Assembly (NCBI GenBank): GCA_963693365.1
Contig: CAVNZM010000001.1
Coordinates: forward strand, 13,936,418 to 14,000,417
From: Amoebidium appalachense
Taxonomy: Eukaryota; Protista; Ichthyosporea
DNA: 64,000 nucleotides
Direction of reading: 5' to 3'
The position numbers and the translations under genes are program-made. The notes beneath the pieces are model-generated. The model did no database searches, was not told where the DNA came from, and was given only the letters and a program-made list of their open reading frames with translations. Shown piece by piece: positions 48,729 to 62,066 of this stretch (the stretch's first letter is position 1; every line of letters begins with the position of its first letter).

Positions 48729-50795
48729 ATGCAAGGTGAGAGAGTTGGGGCAACACTTTTCTTCGAAGATGGAGGTTAGGATAGCCCTTGGAAATACACT
48801 ACACCTGAGCAGGTATGCACAGTATACCTGAGCAATGTTGGGGGGGGGGAAAGGTGATGGTGGTGGGAGTGCAACCACATGAAAATGGCAACCTTACTCA
48901 TCTTCCCATTGAATCACTGTCATCTTCTCCCAGAACTCCTCCCTCCCTCCTCCCTTCCCTTCCCCCCTGCATTCCCTCCCCCAAGAAACACACAACCAAC
49001 CCCAACACATAAGCATGCTTCAAGGAAAGGCAGTACCGACCTTGTCCGGCTTGTGCTCGGCAATGTCCAGGGCCTTGTTGACCAAGGTCTGGTAGTTGAG
49101 TGTCGTCTTGGGCTCAATACCGCACGACCCGGCAATGATCTGTACGTGTGCGTGTGAGCAAGTTACGACAATCTCTCTCCTCTCCTTTCTTCCCTTCTCT
49201 AGGACACCTTGGCTTTGCATAGAAGAAAGCAAGCTGACGGAAACAGAGGTAACATGGCTGCACCCTCACATGTGTGTGCTTGCATATCAGTACCATACAT
49301 GCAAGCGAATAATGAACAACATCCTTCCACCTATCTGTACAAAGGGCTCAGTCTGTTAGGTAAGGTATAGCAAGCCTCTCCTGTGGGACCTTTAAAAACC
49401 CAAAAACAGCGCCGCTGGACACGACGTATTATAGTTATCAAAACGTTAAAATGAGAAAGAACAGCAAGCAACAATGATTGCGAAAAATGGGCCACTTACA
49501 AGCTTGGGCTGGGCGTGGTTGATGCGGACAGCCAGCTCCGGGGCACCAAAGCCACCGAACACGACGGAGTGCACGGCACCCAGACGGGCGCATGCCTGCA
49601 TGGCAATGAGGGCTGCAGCCCCAACCAGGAGTTGTTAGAAAAAAGAGGTCTGGTAAATGTCTGCAAAGAATGCCAATCTTTTTTCAAGATTTCCATAGTG
49701 TAAGAGATAGAGGGGCAACAGTTCTGCCCAGCTTACACGAAGGTGCAGGCACCTAACACTTCTTCGACTCGAGCTACTTTGAAAGGGTGGATGCAGGGTG
49801 GTTCGTTCCCATACATGCTGAATGAATCTGACCCCATGTCGAGCGAGTACTCGGCTCTCTCCTTGCTTCCTGCCCCTTCCCGTATATGCACTCGAAGGAA
49901 AACCTAAGCAGAATCCATACATACCCTCGGGGATCATAGGCATGTAGATCAGCACACGGTCACCCTTCTTCACGCCGAGGTTAGCCATGGCGCCTGCAGC
50001 CTTGGACACCTTCTCAAGCATCTCCTTGTAGGTGAACTTCTGCTTGGTATTGGTCATGGAGCTGTGGTAGATGAGAGCTGCCTGATCACCACGGCCGTTC
50101 TCAACGTGCCTGTCGGTGCAGTTGTAGCTGGTGTTCAGGGTACCATCAGGGAACCACCTGGGCTTGGTGGGGTCGGCATTGTCAAGAACGACGGTGGGCT
50201 TCTTGAACCAGGTGACCTGTGGTGCATGATCGGATACTTGTTAGTGCACAGAAAAGCCTATTATGCCGCAAGCCAGTTCAAGCAAGTTTGCAGATGTATC
50301 CAAACGGAGCTGACAGATGCGTTCCAAATAACTGCCTGCACTGGTAGGCTGGAAGCGAGTAGCTGGGGAGATGAGGGTAGGTGGTGGTAGGGAGGGGGGA
50401 GGGGGAGGGAGGGGGAGAGGGAGGGAGGGGAGGGGGGGGGGGGGACTCGAGCAGTAGCCAGCCAGCTGGTTTCAACCTGTGAATTGACTTTTGGTTTTTC
50501 GATTTCCGCAAGGATAATGCTGCTTCAAGTTCTGCCCATCTTCTATTATATTTCCCTCTTTGCTAAAACTCTCGAGGGATGCCCTTTGGCCAAGATGCCT
50601 TTCTTCTCGCCCAGGTGTGCTTACCGCTTCGGCAGCCTGGCCCCAGAACCCAACGGGGTCCTCAACGGAGCGGCGGAAGGCAATCTCATAGGCCCCCGGG
50701 ATGTGCGTGGACATGGCACGCACAGCCACCATCCTCCATTGAGGAGGAAGCGCCTGGACGGCGTTCTTCACGGTGCGAGCGCCTAGTCTCAACAT
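43258..50795 (-). CDS. ACSS3: Short-chain acyl-CoA synthetase, ACSS3/PrpE (propionate-CoA ligase) type, with a mitochondrial presequence-like N-terminus; 671 aa
   Basis: 12 phase-consistent exons: 50625-50795, 49925-50216, 49500-49612, 49041-49139, 48383-48536, 47674-47786, 46795-46911, 46083-46192, 45260-45489, 44613-44848, 43959-44183, 43258-43413 (TAA); 2016 nt in total. Motifs: [90 protein letters not shown]. Arg-rich acid-free N-terminus [14 protein letters not shown]. Confidence 0.95.
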
Positions 50796-53700
50796 CTTCG
50801 TTGTTTGCTTGCCGAAGCCCGCCCCGTTTTGGATTTCAGCTAACGCACAACTGACTGCCCACGCTCTAGCAGTGTTTTCGGTACTCTGGGCACGGCTCGC
50901 CCTCTGCAGACTCACGCCTGCGTGATTTAGAAGTTCATATAATTGTTAAATCAGTGCTTGTTCTTTTAAATATGGTTAAAGCAGCTAGTGATCGAATAGG
51001 AACTCGATGTTTATATAATCAGCAGGCTTCGAATAGTTTAGAATTTTTTGATACACCAAGTTAATTGGCCACCCTGGAATCGTTGCCTATTGGCTCCCAG
51101 GACGTCACCAAATTTGGATGTTCGTACGAGCCAACACGTCTGCAGTCCTTCCACTCATTTAATACATTCATTATGGGTTAGAACGGCTTTGTATGTATTT
51201 AAAGTTTATACACCGATTTTCCAAAGCTAAAGGATTTCTTATTCCATCCCCACGCAGCAAAAAGGGAGTTATCAAGGCTGGCCAGTGCTTTCAATTAGAG
51301 CCAATCAAAATACGTTACGGTGAAGGCTATATGATTGGCCGCTGTCTGTTGACTTATTACCCCTATTGGCTCGAACAACGCCCAGCGCGAAAATCTCCTA
51401 GATGCCAAGGTCCCCACGTAAAAATGCCGAGGTTTCCGGTGTAGGATCCACTCTATGGGTTTCTCCATCAATATAAATGTACTTGGTTCAAAAATAAATA
51501 TCTTTTACCTTTTTTTGGTTAAGTCTATTTTGTAACATTCATCCATGTACTCAAATATGTAATCGACTACTAGGCAAGGTAAAGCTTTTATTCAACTGGA
51601 AAAATGAATATGGAGCCCCTTACGTCATCGGAATGAGTCTAGGCATGTGGCTCAGTAGCGGTAACGCATTTCCCTTCGAAGGGACTCAAAGGAGTCGTCT
51701 TGTTTTTCTTCTTTCTTTCTTCAGTTCTTTGTCCTTCCGCTATCATAGAAACATAAATAAACCAAGACCCGCGATATCTAGAGCACAGCAAGGAGTGGGG
51801 ATTGCTGTATAGGAAGTCCTGAGACGAGCACACTGCTTATAGGTTCAAAAGGTGCAATTACTCTGCGGTTTCCTTCTACCTGTCTGTACTGTTCATGAAG
51901 TCAGCGGATCCGGCGAGTGTCCGACCAAGAATTAACATATCATGCCTCGTCCATATCATTGCTAGCACTTTGAAGACATAATGAAGCGTAAATACGTTGA
52001 GGGACACTGTGTACTTCTTATAGCATGAATCGAACACAACCTCCACATGTAAGGCTTCGAGGTCTTTTTCTTTTGTCAAGCAAGACACAAAAACGCCGAG
52101 GCTCCGGCTACATCTTGTTCAAAAACCCAGAAAAAGGGAAAACAGAACTTTGTGTGTCTGCTCTTGCCCGGGAACTCTATCTGGCGGAATAACTCACTGA
52201 AGAATCAACTTCAGGGTGGGTATTTGAAATGGGCATGGAGGTAAATAACAGCCTCACGGCAATGTGGAGGAAATATGGGGGGAGGGGGAGGGGGAGGGGG
52301 GGTAGCAGATCTACTTCCGGCCCCTTTAAGAGTTTTACAGATGGCTCAGTTTTAACGTGGACCCGGAGAAATTCCGGTTGGGCATTAACCGGGGGAGGTG
52401 GAGGGCCCGGGGGGGGGGGGGGGGGGGGGGAGGGAACAGGGAGGAGGACTTTTCGAAACTGAGGACGGTTGTTTTGGTAATTACAGAGCGGTGAGTTGAC
52501 TTGCCTTGCCGCGATTTTTTCTGAATTGTTCAAATTCGTTTTCTTCAGCAAAATTTAATGCATTTTTCTTTTTGTCACTGAGGAACTTGTAGTTTCCAGA
52601 ACATTTTTTCCAAACGGTGCTGCCCACACTTAGAATTCCGAAGAAATCGGCAATGGCTGCGCTTGACAACAGTTCAAATGGACCAGTCAGTTACCCAGCT
52701 AAAATAGGGCCACTGGGGGTGGGGTTGTGGGTGGGTGGGTGCGGAGCGGGGAGGGGGAGGGAGGGAGGAAACGGTAGGAGCATATTATCCAAGCTTACCG
52801 CCAAGTTTGGTACAATGCCACCTCCGTAGACTCGAAGTGTGGGTACGGTAGAAGGGTGAAAGGAGAGGGGGGTTGGGGAGGGGGGGGGGAGGGGGCGGGT
52901 CAATAAAAATCTTATCCTGGTGCAGAAAAGCAGGAGGGTTCTGCAGGGGGCCAGGGTGGGGGAGGTGGGGAGGAAAGGGAGAGGGAAAAATATGAGGCTC
53001 TCAAAAGCGAGAGGGAGACAGAGAGAGAGAGATCTAGATGCCCTAAGGCCTCAGAAAGTCAGGGGGAGAGGGGAAGGGGGGGGGGGGGAAGAGAGAGAGG
53101 GGGGGGGGTGGGAGGGTGAGTGGGAGATGGGGAGAGAGAGAGGGAGGGGGGGGGAGAGAGAGAGAGAAAGAGGGAGAGGGGGGAAAGAGAGAGTGGGGCG
53201 GGTAAGGGGAGGGGGGGGGGGGGGGGGGATTTTAAAGTCGGGTGGGGAGGGGTGGGGAAGGGGGGCGCCAATTTGGCAGAATATCGATGGGGTGTTTTCG
53301 CAAAGGGTCTGTGGGCTTTTCAAATGGCCTAGTTGCCAAGCTCCCTTACTCCCCCCCCCCACCCCACCCCACCCCCCCGCCATACCAACCTACACCACCG
53401 TATGATCACCTGTACCATCGATACCCGAGCCAGATTACAGAACTAGGTTACTCCCCGAACTCGACTCCAGCAGCTATGATATGAGCCCCACATGACCTGA
53501 GTGCAGAAATGGGTGTTTCAGTAATGATAAAAGAGTAATGTGACTACGTTAAACTTCTAAATGGTTACTAAGTTAGTTATCAGTATGTCTCGCTCACGCT
53601 GTGGTATATACACTAGGTGCAACACTGGGGATACTAAGTCGACAGCGCCAAGTTGAAGACGTGCAGCCTCCGTCAGGTGAAACGGGATGGTACAAACAAA

Positions 53701-54575
53701 GGTGTTATTATATTGCTAGTTAGTGGTGTGTGTGTGCAGGTAACACTTTAACACGCAAATGTATCATAGCACGAGACCGGACGGGTTCTGCTGGATGCCC
53801 GGTGTGCACGGCAGTTCGGTGAGTGAGTAAGTGTGTGTGTGTGTGTGTGTATGTGTGTAACAGCCCTCGGCACCACAGAGCGCACGACACGAGTCATCCT
53901 AGGTAAAATTACAGTAGAACTGCAAACTTTTTTCTTCTCTAAAATTTGGACACCACGTAACACGAGTCTTCCACCCACACACCCCAAAATGCAAACACAA
54001 ACACCCGAACACCACACGAAAACAGAGAGGTAGAGCCCCATCGAAACCCAGACCACACACACCTGCACCCCCAACACATACACAGCCAGCATGCCAAACC
54101 TGCAGACACACCCACAGAACCAACCAACCATGCAACACTAGGCTCCTAGACCACTACACCGCAGCCACACTCTATGTAGAACACCATATTCTGCTAGGTA
54201 GCCCAGCCACCCACCACCACCAGACCCCACCATCCATCCATATTTTCCGTAGGCCCCACCCACACCACACCCCACATTCCACCACTTTAGACGAACCAAT
54301 GAGAGCCCGGTTTTGAAAGTTTATTCGTAAGTCTTGAGTGGAGGGGAAGCCTGGTGCTACCCACTGGCTTGGCTGGGGTGAATACCCTGGGCAAAGTGTG
54401 TGCAAATAGTTAGGATTGTTTAAAGGCGTGTTAGCTTAGCTAATAATACCGGAGCACCCTAGCTAGAGTACTCTCGGTGCTGGGTGGAAGATGGTAGTTC
54501 CCCCTGAGGGCCCAAGAGGTCCCTCCGGGAACAAAACGGGATATTAATAATAATAATAAATAAAATAAAATAAAA

Positions 54576-54646
<71 letters not shown>

Positions 54647-55196
54647 TACACATGTGCTCATGTGTGTGTATGTGTTTTGTGTACACTCAGGTGGATGCGC
54701 GGTGTGAACCGTATTGGACGTGACACTTGAATACATGGATGAGCATGGTTCTGTTTCCTGCATTTGCGTAAGTCTGGCGCAGGCGATGGCGGTGCCGTTG
54801 TGGTAGTGTGTGAGTGTGTGCACATGTGTGTGCGTGTGCGTGTACACATGTCTGTGTCTGTGCTTGTGTGTACATGTACACAGCTGAATGCACCATTAGC
54901 GCCCTTGCTAGAGTACAGTCGGTGCTTAGTGAAAAACAGTAGTTTCAATGAGGGACCCATAAGCCCCCCCCCCCCCTCCCCCCCTCCCCCCCTCCCCCCC
55001 CCCTCCCCCCCCCGGAAAAAAACGGGATAAAATGGGGGGGGGGGGGGGGGGGAAGTTTTGTACACGTGTGTGTTAAAACTTTGTGCTTGTGGGTGCGCCT
55101 GTAGTGTGTGTGTGTGGGGGGGGGGGGGGGGGGGGGGGGACAACACTGTGTGTATGAGGGCGGGGAGAGGGGAGGGGAGGGGGAAGGGGGGGGGGG

Positions 55197-55270
<74 letters not shown>

Positions 55271-55557
55271 CAGCCGTATTGTTGGTTGCTTTGTCGATTC
55301 CGACGAATCAACTTAGTGTACCACCTTTAAAACGGATACTGCGTTAGCATAAGGTATGTTCATGTCTTTGCTCCCCCGGCAAAACACTCCCTGAGCCCGG
55401 TCACGAACTCTTTTGATATATACATCAAATCGAAGGTCAGCAGGGAAAGTTCCCTAATCAGCCCCCTTTCCGCTCCCCCCTCCCTCCCCCCCCCCCCCCC
55501 CCCCCCCCCCGCTCCCCCACCCACCCCACCCTAAACCTCCCCCGGTGGCACACGCAG

Positions 55558-55656
<99 letters not shown>

Positions 55657-57123
55657 AAAACACACACATAGTAGACACATGCACACACACGTGCACACAC
55701 GCACACACACACACACACACTCACACACACAAGCACGCACACACTTAACAGACGCATTCACACACCGGAGGCCCCCTTTCCCCTGGACACCCCCATCTCC
55801 CCCCCCCCCCCCCTCCCCCCACACACACACACACGTGCGCGCGGGTGCTGTCTCCCCCCCTCCCCCCCCCCCCCCCCCCCCCCCCCCTCCCCACCCGAGT
55901 CCTCCTGGCCCCCCCTCCTCTCCCCCTCAACCCCCCTTCACAACAGAAAACCTGAGGAGACCGACGGGGGGGGGGGGGAGGGAGGGGGGGGGGGGGAGGA
56001 AGCGGCGGACGGCTGGGGAGGAGGAGAAGCAGGGGCACGAAGAGAAACCAGGCTGAGGGGAGCTGGCCCTCCACTAATGTTCGCGCCTGGAGGTTGGGGC
56101 CTTCCCAGGGTAATCTGTGTACACGAAGTACAACTTACAGTTCAGTTTTGATTGGTTCACTAAAATATGCTTGACTGATTGGTTGCATGCATCTACACCG
56201 TTGCTGCCAACTTGCTGGTGGTGCAGTGTAACCCATCGTATTACAGACTCGCACTTTTTACATGACAACTGGCGTCCTCGCCGACCTCGGCCCCTCATCC
56301 TCCACAGGTCAGGCAGTGAGCCTCGGGCCCTCGGCTGCGCAGTGCGCGCCGCGGCGAGGGCGTTTCCCGTGTCAAAAGTTCGCACATTGCCAACGAATGA
56401 TAGCACGCTATCGCACATTCATACGTGAGCCTCAAGCACGAGTTTTTTCCTCACGCTACAACACTGGTTTACAACACCGTTTTCTCGTGCACGCGTTGTG
56501 CCGCGCGGAGCCCGCCCACCCACGTGTGCACGTACGTGACGACAGCACACGAAGAATGCATGTATTACACTGTAACAATACGTAGCAGGTCCGTGTGTAC
56601 ATGTGTGACATGTGCATGTCATAAACGATGTTGTTAGTTTAGTTCTCCACAGCTGCTCTGTGCTGCCCTCTGTGCCTTCAAGGGTTCTAGTATGTACCGT
56701 ACCGTTGGCTTGGTGCCGGCACCTGACCCGGTTGGCGATAATCATTGATAAACAGCAACATTCGGAACGTGACAACGTACGCGCGTATACGACACGCAGT
56801 ACTCAGCACACACCACGTAGATGATCACCTTATCAATGCTGCACAGTTTGATATTGTGATACGGTGCCTTAACTGTCACTCGGAGCTACCAATGCTAGCT
56901 TCTGCTTATCCATAATCTATACTAGGGTTGTTTTATTGCATATAGTGTACATAAGTCACGCTGGAAAACGCAGTAGGCCGTCAAGTGAGGCTGGGCCCCT
57001 GACAATGTCCGCAGCAAAATACCAAAACCAAAACCACTCGGAGGAGTGTTCGAGATTACCAAAAAACGCCAAACTTTTTGAACGATTTATCAAAGACCGT
57101 CCAAGGGATTGGTCCAATGGTAG

Positions 57124-57199
<76 letters not shown>

Positions 57200-57401
57200 A
57201 CACATACACACACATCCGTTAGCTGCAGCCCCTACTTATGCATGTACTCGTGATAAAACAACACGGTGTCGAGAAGTCCCCAAATCATCGATTTTGAGAG
57301 CGAAAACATACAAAAAATATTTGAAATTCTCCGAAAAGTTTCGGCTGGCGCCCGACCGCAGGAAGGCCGTAATAGGATCATCCTAATGCACACGTACATG
57401 T

Positions 57402-57437
<36 letters not shown>

Positions 57438-57743
57438 CCTCCCGCCTACCGGGGCCCGGACTGGGCCCCCCTCCCCGCCAGCGGCTGGCCGGCCCTTACC
57501 CACTTCCGGATCCTGGCAACCGGCCACTAAATAACGTTATAACTCAGAGCACAGAGCTGCGCACTTTTCGCCAAAAAACAACACACAGCGACTTCCGGGG
57601 GAGGGCCCGAGGGAGGGAGGGAGGGAGGGGAGGGGGAGAGGGGGAGGGGGGGAGGGGGGGGGGGGGGGCCGATCGAGGGTTTTACCAAAGTTTTTTTTGG
57701 CGATTACCAAAGAGCCAGTTGGCCCCCTCAATAATTCGAAACT

Positions 57744-57758
57744 AAAATTCGAACCCTG
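57744..57758. mobile_element. Orphan terminal inverted repeat of the hAT-type family seen at 17848
   Basis: aattcgaaccctg is the reverse complement of the 17848 TIR cagggttcgaatt. An aaaagtttcgg subterminal-like motif lies near 57334. No partner TIR was found. Confidence 0.4.
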
Positions 57759-57910
57759 CCTCAGAGGCTCGTGCTCAGCATTGAATTGCAAACATCCGCT
57801 CTTTTGCTCGTGATTGGACCAAGTTGAAATAACACAGATGGCCAATGTTGCCGACCTATCCGCAGAGGCCAAAGTACTCGTGCGTGAGAAAATGAGCTTC
57901 GCCGCATGGG

Positions 57911-57917
57911 TATAAAA
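57911..57917 (+). promoter_or_regulatory. TATA box of the Cys-rich secreted protein gene
   Basis: TATAAAA 92 nt upstream of ATG 58003, with CCAAT at about 57842. Confidence 0.6.
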
Positions 57918-58002
57918 ACACCCGACAACTCTTCCCCAAATTCAAGCCATCAACATCCCTGTCAATCGAACACCCAAGTCCTTGATACACCCGCTATCCA
58001 AC

Positions 58003-59124
58003 ATGCACGCATTTGCTTGCATACTCTTTGCCCTGGCAGGGGCTGCGACTGCCTCCTACGGCCCCCCACCGCCGCCTCCTGCCCCAGCCCCAGCCCCAGC
58101 CCCCAACCCCTATGTCAAGCTCTGCTGCCCGAATGGCGCCGGCAAGGGCGCTTGCACCGACAAGAAAGGCAAAACTTTTGACGCCACCTGCTGCTCCGGT
58201 GGCCTGTGGAAGTGCCAGCAAGCAGGCGTGTACGAAGACGTCTGCACAATCTCCCGTCTGACGTCGGGCGCCGAGTGTCCCGCCCCACCCCCCACCCCCA
58301 ACCCCGCCCCTCCTACTCCTCCGGCCCCTGCCCCTGCAAAGGCGAAAAAGTGCTGCAAGCCCAGGTCCACCCCCAAGATGTGTCCGGGCGAAGGGTATGG
58401 AAGTGAAAAGGTGCCTGCGTTCTGCTGTGCTGACGGCAAGTATCGTTGTGGTAGTTGCGACGATTTTGGGGGCAAGAGCAAGAAGTGCAAGTGCTGCGAC
58501 CCTGCCAACCAGCTCATCTGTGACGGCAAGCCCGGTGTCTGCTGCAACGACGGAAAGTTACGCTGCGCAAACGGTTTATCCGCCTTTAAGGTGTGCAAGC
58601 CATATCTGGGCAAGGGGAAAAAATGCGCCCCTCGCCCTGCCCCTGCCCCATGCTGCAACCCCGGGGTGAAAATAGCTTGCCTGCCCACCGACGGCTACGG
58701 TGCAAACGTTCAGCCGCAGTGTTGCAACGGCGGCTCTTGGAGCTGCGACGGGTGCGGTGATAACGGCGGTGAGGGTACCCCCTGCTACATCCCCGAGCCC
58801 GCACCCGCTCCGAAATGCTGCACCCCGGGCACTAAGATTGCGTGCCTTAACGACGGCTCTTACGGTGGTGATAATGTTCAGCCAAAATGCTGCAACGATG
58901 GGTCTTGGTCGTGCGGTGAGTGCGAGGAAAACAATGGTATTGGGAATGTTTGCCCTGAGCCGGCCCCTGCCCCTGCCCCGGAGCCTGCGTGCTGCAACAA
59001 TGACGCTAAGATTGCGTGCGAACCGACGGGATATGGTACCGTGGTGAAGCCTAAGTGCTGCAAGGATGGGTCTTGGTCGTGCGCCTCGTGCAAGAACAAT
59101 GGCGGCACCGGTGGGCTATGCTAG
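58003..59124 (+). CDS. Secreted Cys/Pro-rich modular protein, 373 aa: signal peptide + six 8-Cys modules with PAPAP linkers
   Basis: Intronless ORF with strong C/G-ending codon bias and signal peptide MHAFACILFALAGAATA. Modules follow CC-x7/8-C-xn-CC-x5-C-xn-C-x9/10-C, e.g. CCNPGVKIACLPTDGYGANVQPQCCNGGSWSCDGCGDNGGEGTPC. TATA box upstream. Confidence 0.92.
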   Translation: MHAFACILFALAGAATASYGPPPPPPAPAPAPAPNPYVKLCCPNGAGKGACTDKKGKTFDATCCSGGLWKCQQAGVYEDVCTISRLTSGAECPAPPPTPNPAPPTPPAPAPAKAKKCCKPRSTPKMCPGEGYGSEKVPAFCCADGKYRCGSCDDFGGKSKKCKCCDPANQLICDGKPGVCCNDGKLRCANGLSAFKVCKPYLGKGKKCAPRPAPAPCCNPGVKIACLPTDGYGANVQPQCCNGGSWSCDGCGDNGGEGTPCYIPEPAPAPKCCTPGTKIACLNDGSYGGDNVQPKCCNDGSWSCGECEENNGIGNVCPEPAPAPAPEPACCNNDAKIACEPTGYGTVVKPKCCKDGSWSCASCKNNGGTGGLC

Positions 59125-60465
59125 CTAGTTAAAGCTGTTAAATTTTTTAATGGGGTCTTACAAAGAAAACGTGCCAATGTAAGTGGTGCTCTTGGTGGGT
59201 TTGGTACCTAGAAGTCAGAACATGGTTTGGACGACGTTGTGCATGATGTTATCTGAGTCTTAAAAATGTGCTGGTGTCACTAATGTGGAGGTATGCTGAA
59301 ACCGAAAATGCCAAAAGTGTGTTGCGTGGTGTTTGTGATAATAAGAGTCAGTGGAACTTTCGAATAATGCGCCACAAACCTGCAAACTATATATTGTTAC
59401 TGCCGTGTAAATGCCATATTATGTCCGATACTAAGTTATGTGCATACATATGTATGTTCTACATTTTTATACCGTACCCAGACGTGGAAATCCTGTGGTA
59501 TTTCCTTTTCCCTGGTTAATTAAAGAAATCAATAGTACTTCTGTGTACACATTCCTGTAAATGTGCCGATGGATCGACAGCTTAACCTGCCCCCCCCCCC
59601 CCCCCCCCCCTCCCCTCCCCCTTCTGCCCGCCCCGCCCGCCCCCCTTGCCTCTCCCTGCCCCTCTTTTCTTCTCCCACCCAGCGACGCCCCTTTTCCCCA
59701 TAGACGAGTGTGGCCCTTTGATCATAAATTCCACCGATGCCTGGTAAAAAATGTCCGGAATCTTAAACCCCTAAGGACTCACGAACACAGGATGCTTGAG
59801 AAGGGGAAGCGGTGTTTAGGTGCCAAAAGCAAAAGGTAACAAATTTTAATATAGTACTAGTCTGGGTGAAGCAATGTGCAGGCCCGAAACACTTAGTAAC
59901 CGAAACTTTCGATATTGTAAAGCCTGCCCACACACTGTACCTGCAACCCTCAGGGATTGTATGCCTTAATTTATTTTTAGTTATTCCGTTTCACCTCAGC
60001 TGGCAGAGGCTTACCGTTCTTCCACTCTTCCACTTACATATAGCACTCTCTCTGGTCCCAGCCCCCCCCCCCCCCCCCCTTCCTCCTCCTCCCCCCCCCC
60101 CCCCCCCCCCCCCCGGGCTCCCCACCTCCCTCCCCCTTCCCCTCACCTCCCCCCCTCCTCCCCACGTCGTGGAGTGATGTACTCGCGGTTGGTACAATCC
60201 CCAAACACTCGTTTATTTTTACATTTTGTTTTTGTGTTTGCACCATTCACCGTACCTGGTCCACAAGTGCCAGGACTTTTGCTTTGGTTGCATGCGCAAG
60301 GCATTAACTGAGATTACACCAAGACTCTTGAGTATAATACTATGCATCCCGGAGCTATCCATATAGTACTCTGGAGTTATTCTGATTTATCATGGCCATG
60401 GAATAAATTCCACTCTAAAAATTCTCCTGGATTGGATACAGGTACTTATAGGCGAAGTGCCATCC

Positions 60466-60499
<34 letters not shown>

Positions 60500-60839
60500 C
60501 GGGCCCCGCCCCAGACTTTTTCTAAGTCTCCCCCCTCCCGCTTTCACACAGCCCCCTCCCTCCCCCCCCCCCCCCCCCCCACCCTCCCCCTTCCCCCCAG
60601 CCCGAAGAGCTGTTCAGACTCACTTCCCCCACATTTCACCCCGTTCCCCCTTCCCCCCCCCCCCTCCCCCCCCCCCCTCCCCCCTTCCCCTCATTCCCCA
60701 CTCCGCCCCTACTCTCCGTCCCTAACCCATCCAAAAATCTAAAACGCATCTCCCCACCTCCCCCCCGGCCCCCCCCCCCCCCCCTCCGCCTCTCCATCTC
60801 ATACCCCCCCCCCCCCCCCTCCCCCTTTCCTTCCAAACA

Positions 60840-60880
<41 letters not shown>

Positions 60881-61063
60881 CCCTCCTCCCCTTGCCGGTG
60901 TAAACCGTTTATCTTCACCCTCTGCTTCCTTTCATTCTTCCCTGCCCATAGATAAAATTCATGCGTAGAAACATTATAAACACAGTAGACCATAGCCAGT
61001 GCTTGTGGTTGCCTCCCCCCCCCCCCCCCCCCCCCCCCCCTCCCCCTCCCCTCCCCCCTCCCA

Positions 61064-61103
<40 letters not shown>

Positions 61104-61243
61104 GCCCCTCCCTCCTTCCCCCTCCAAGGCTCAAAAAAACTTTGAAAAAGACATATTGAACTTAAAAGTTTGAAAAGAAATAGAAACCACGCTCCCTCCT
61201 TTCCCTTTATCGAACAAATGTTAGCCCCTGTGTCCCCCCCACT

Positions 61244-61277
<34 letters not shown>

Positions 61278-61533
61278 CAAAAAAAAAAAAAAAAAAGAAA
61301 GAAAGAAAAAAAAGGCACCCTTGGGGAACGAAGAAGTAAAACCACTACTATTGCAAATACTATGATACTGCTGTTGCCAAGTATTCCGATTCATCCTTTC
61401 AAAGTGACATGTTCCGTTTTTAGGAAAATGAGGAGTAAAGCATTTCTTGGATGCGGTCAAAATGCACAGACAGAGATGAGAGGTCACGGTAGGGTCGTCC
61501 CCCCCCCCCCCCCCTCCCCTTTTTTTTTTTTTT

Positions 61534-61565
<32 letters not shown>

Positions 61566-61600
61566 GGGGGGGAGGGGGGGGACGGTGTGTGTGTGTGTCA

Positions 61601-61638
<38 letters not shown>

Positions 61639-61774
61639 ACGTGAGCATGTGTGCTCGCGCGCGCGCGTGTGTGTGTGTGGATGTCTCTCTCTCTCTCTGT
61701 ATGTGTATGTGCCTGTCTGTGTGTGTGTTGGGGCGTGCATGTGTGTGTATGTGTGCGTGTTTTTTTTTTTTTTT

Positions 61775-61805
<31 letters not shown>

Positions 61806-62031
61806 GGGGCACGATTTTCTTTTTTTTTTTTTTTTTTTTTTTTGGGGGGGGGGGGGGGGGGTGGAGGGGGCTTGGGAGTTGATGGTTGGGGGGAGGGGGG
61901 AGAGGTTAATGTGTATGCAGTGTTCTTTTTGTGTGTCCATTGAAAGACCTGTAGACCTGTGTGCTTCTGGAGGTGACAGGGTTCCCGGGGTGGGCAGGAC
62001 GAAGGGACGAAGGGGGGAGGGGAGAGGGGGT

Positions 62032-62066
<35 letters not shown>

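Noticed and set aside
51876-52088. 70-aa - strand ORF upstream of the ACSS3-like gene
   Set aside because: No ATG start, no recognisable domain and no linkable exons.
58110-59108. Antisense and off-frame ORFs over the Cys-rich gene
   Set aside because: Shadows of a GC-rich, codon-biased coding sequence.
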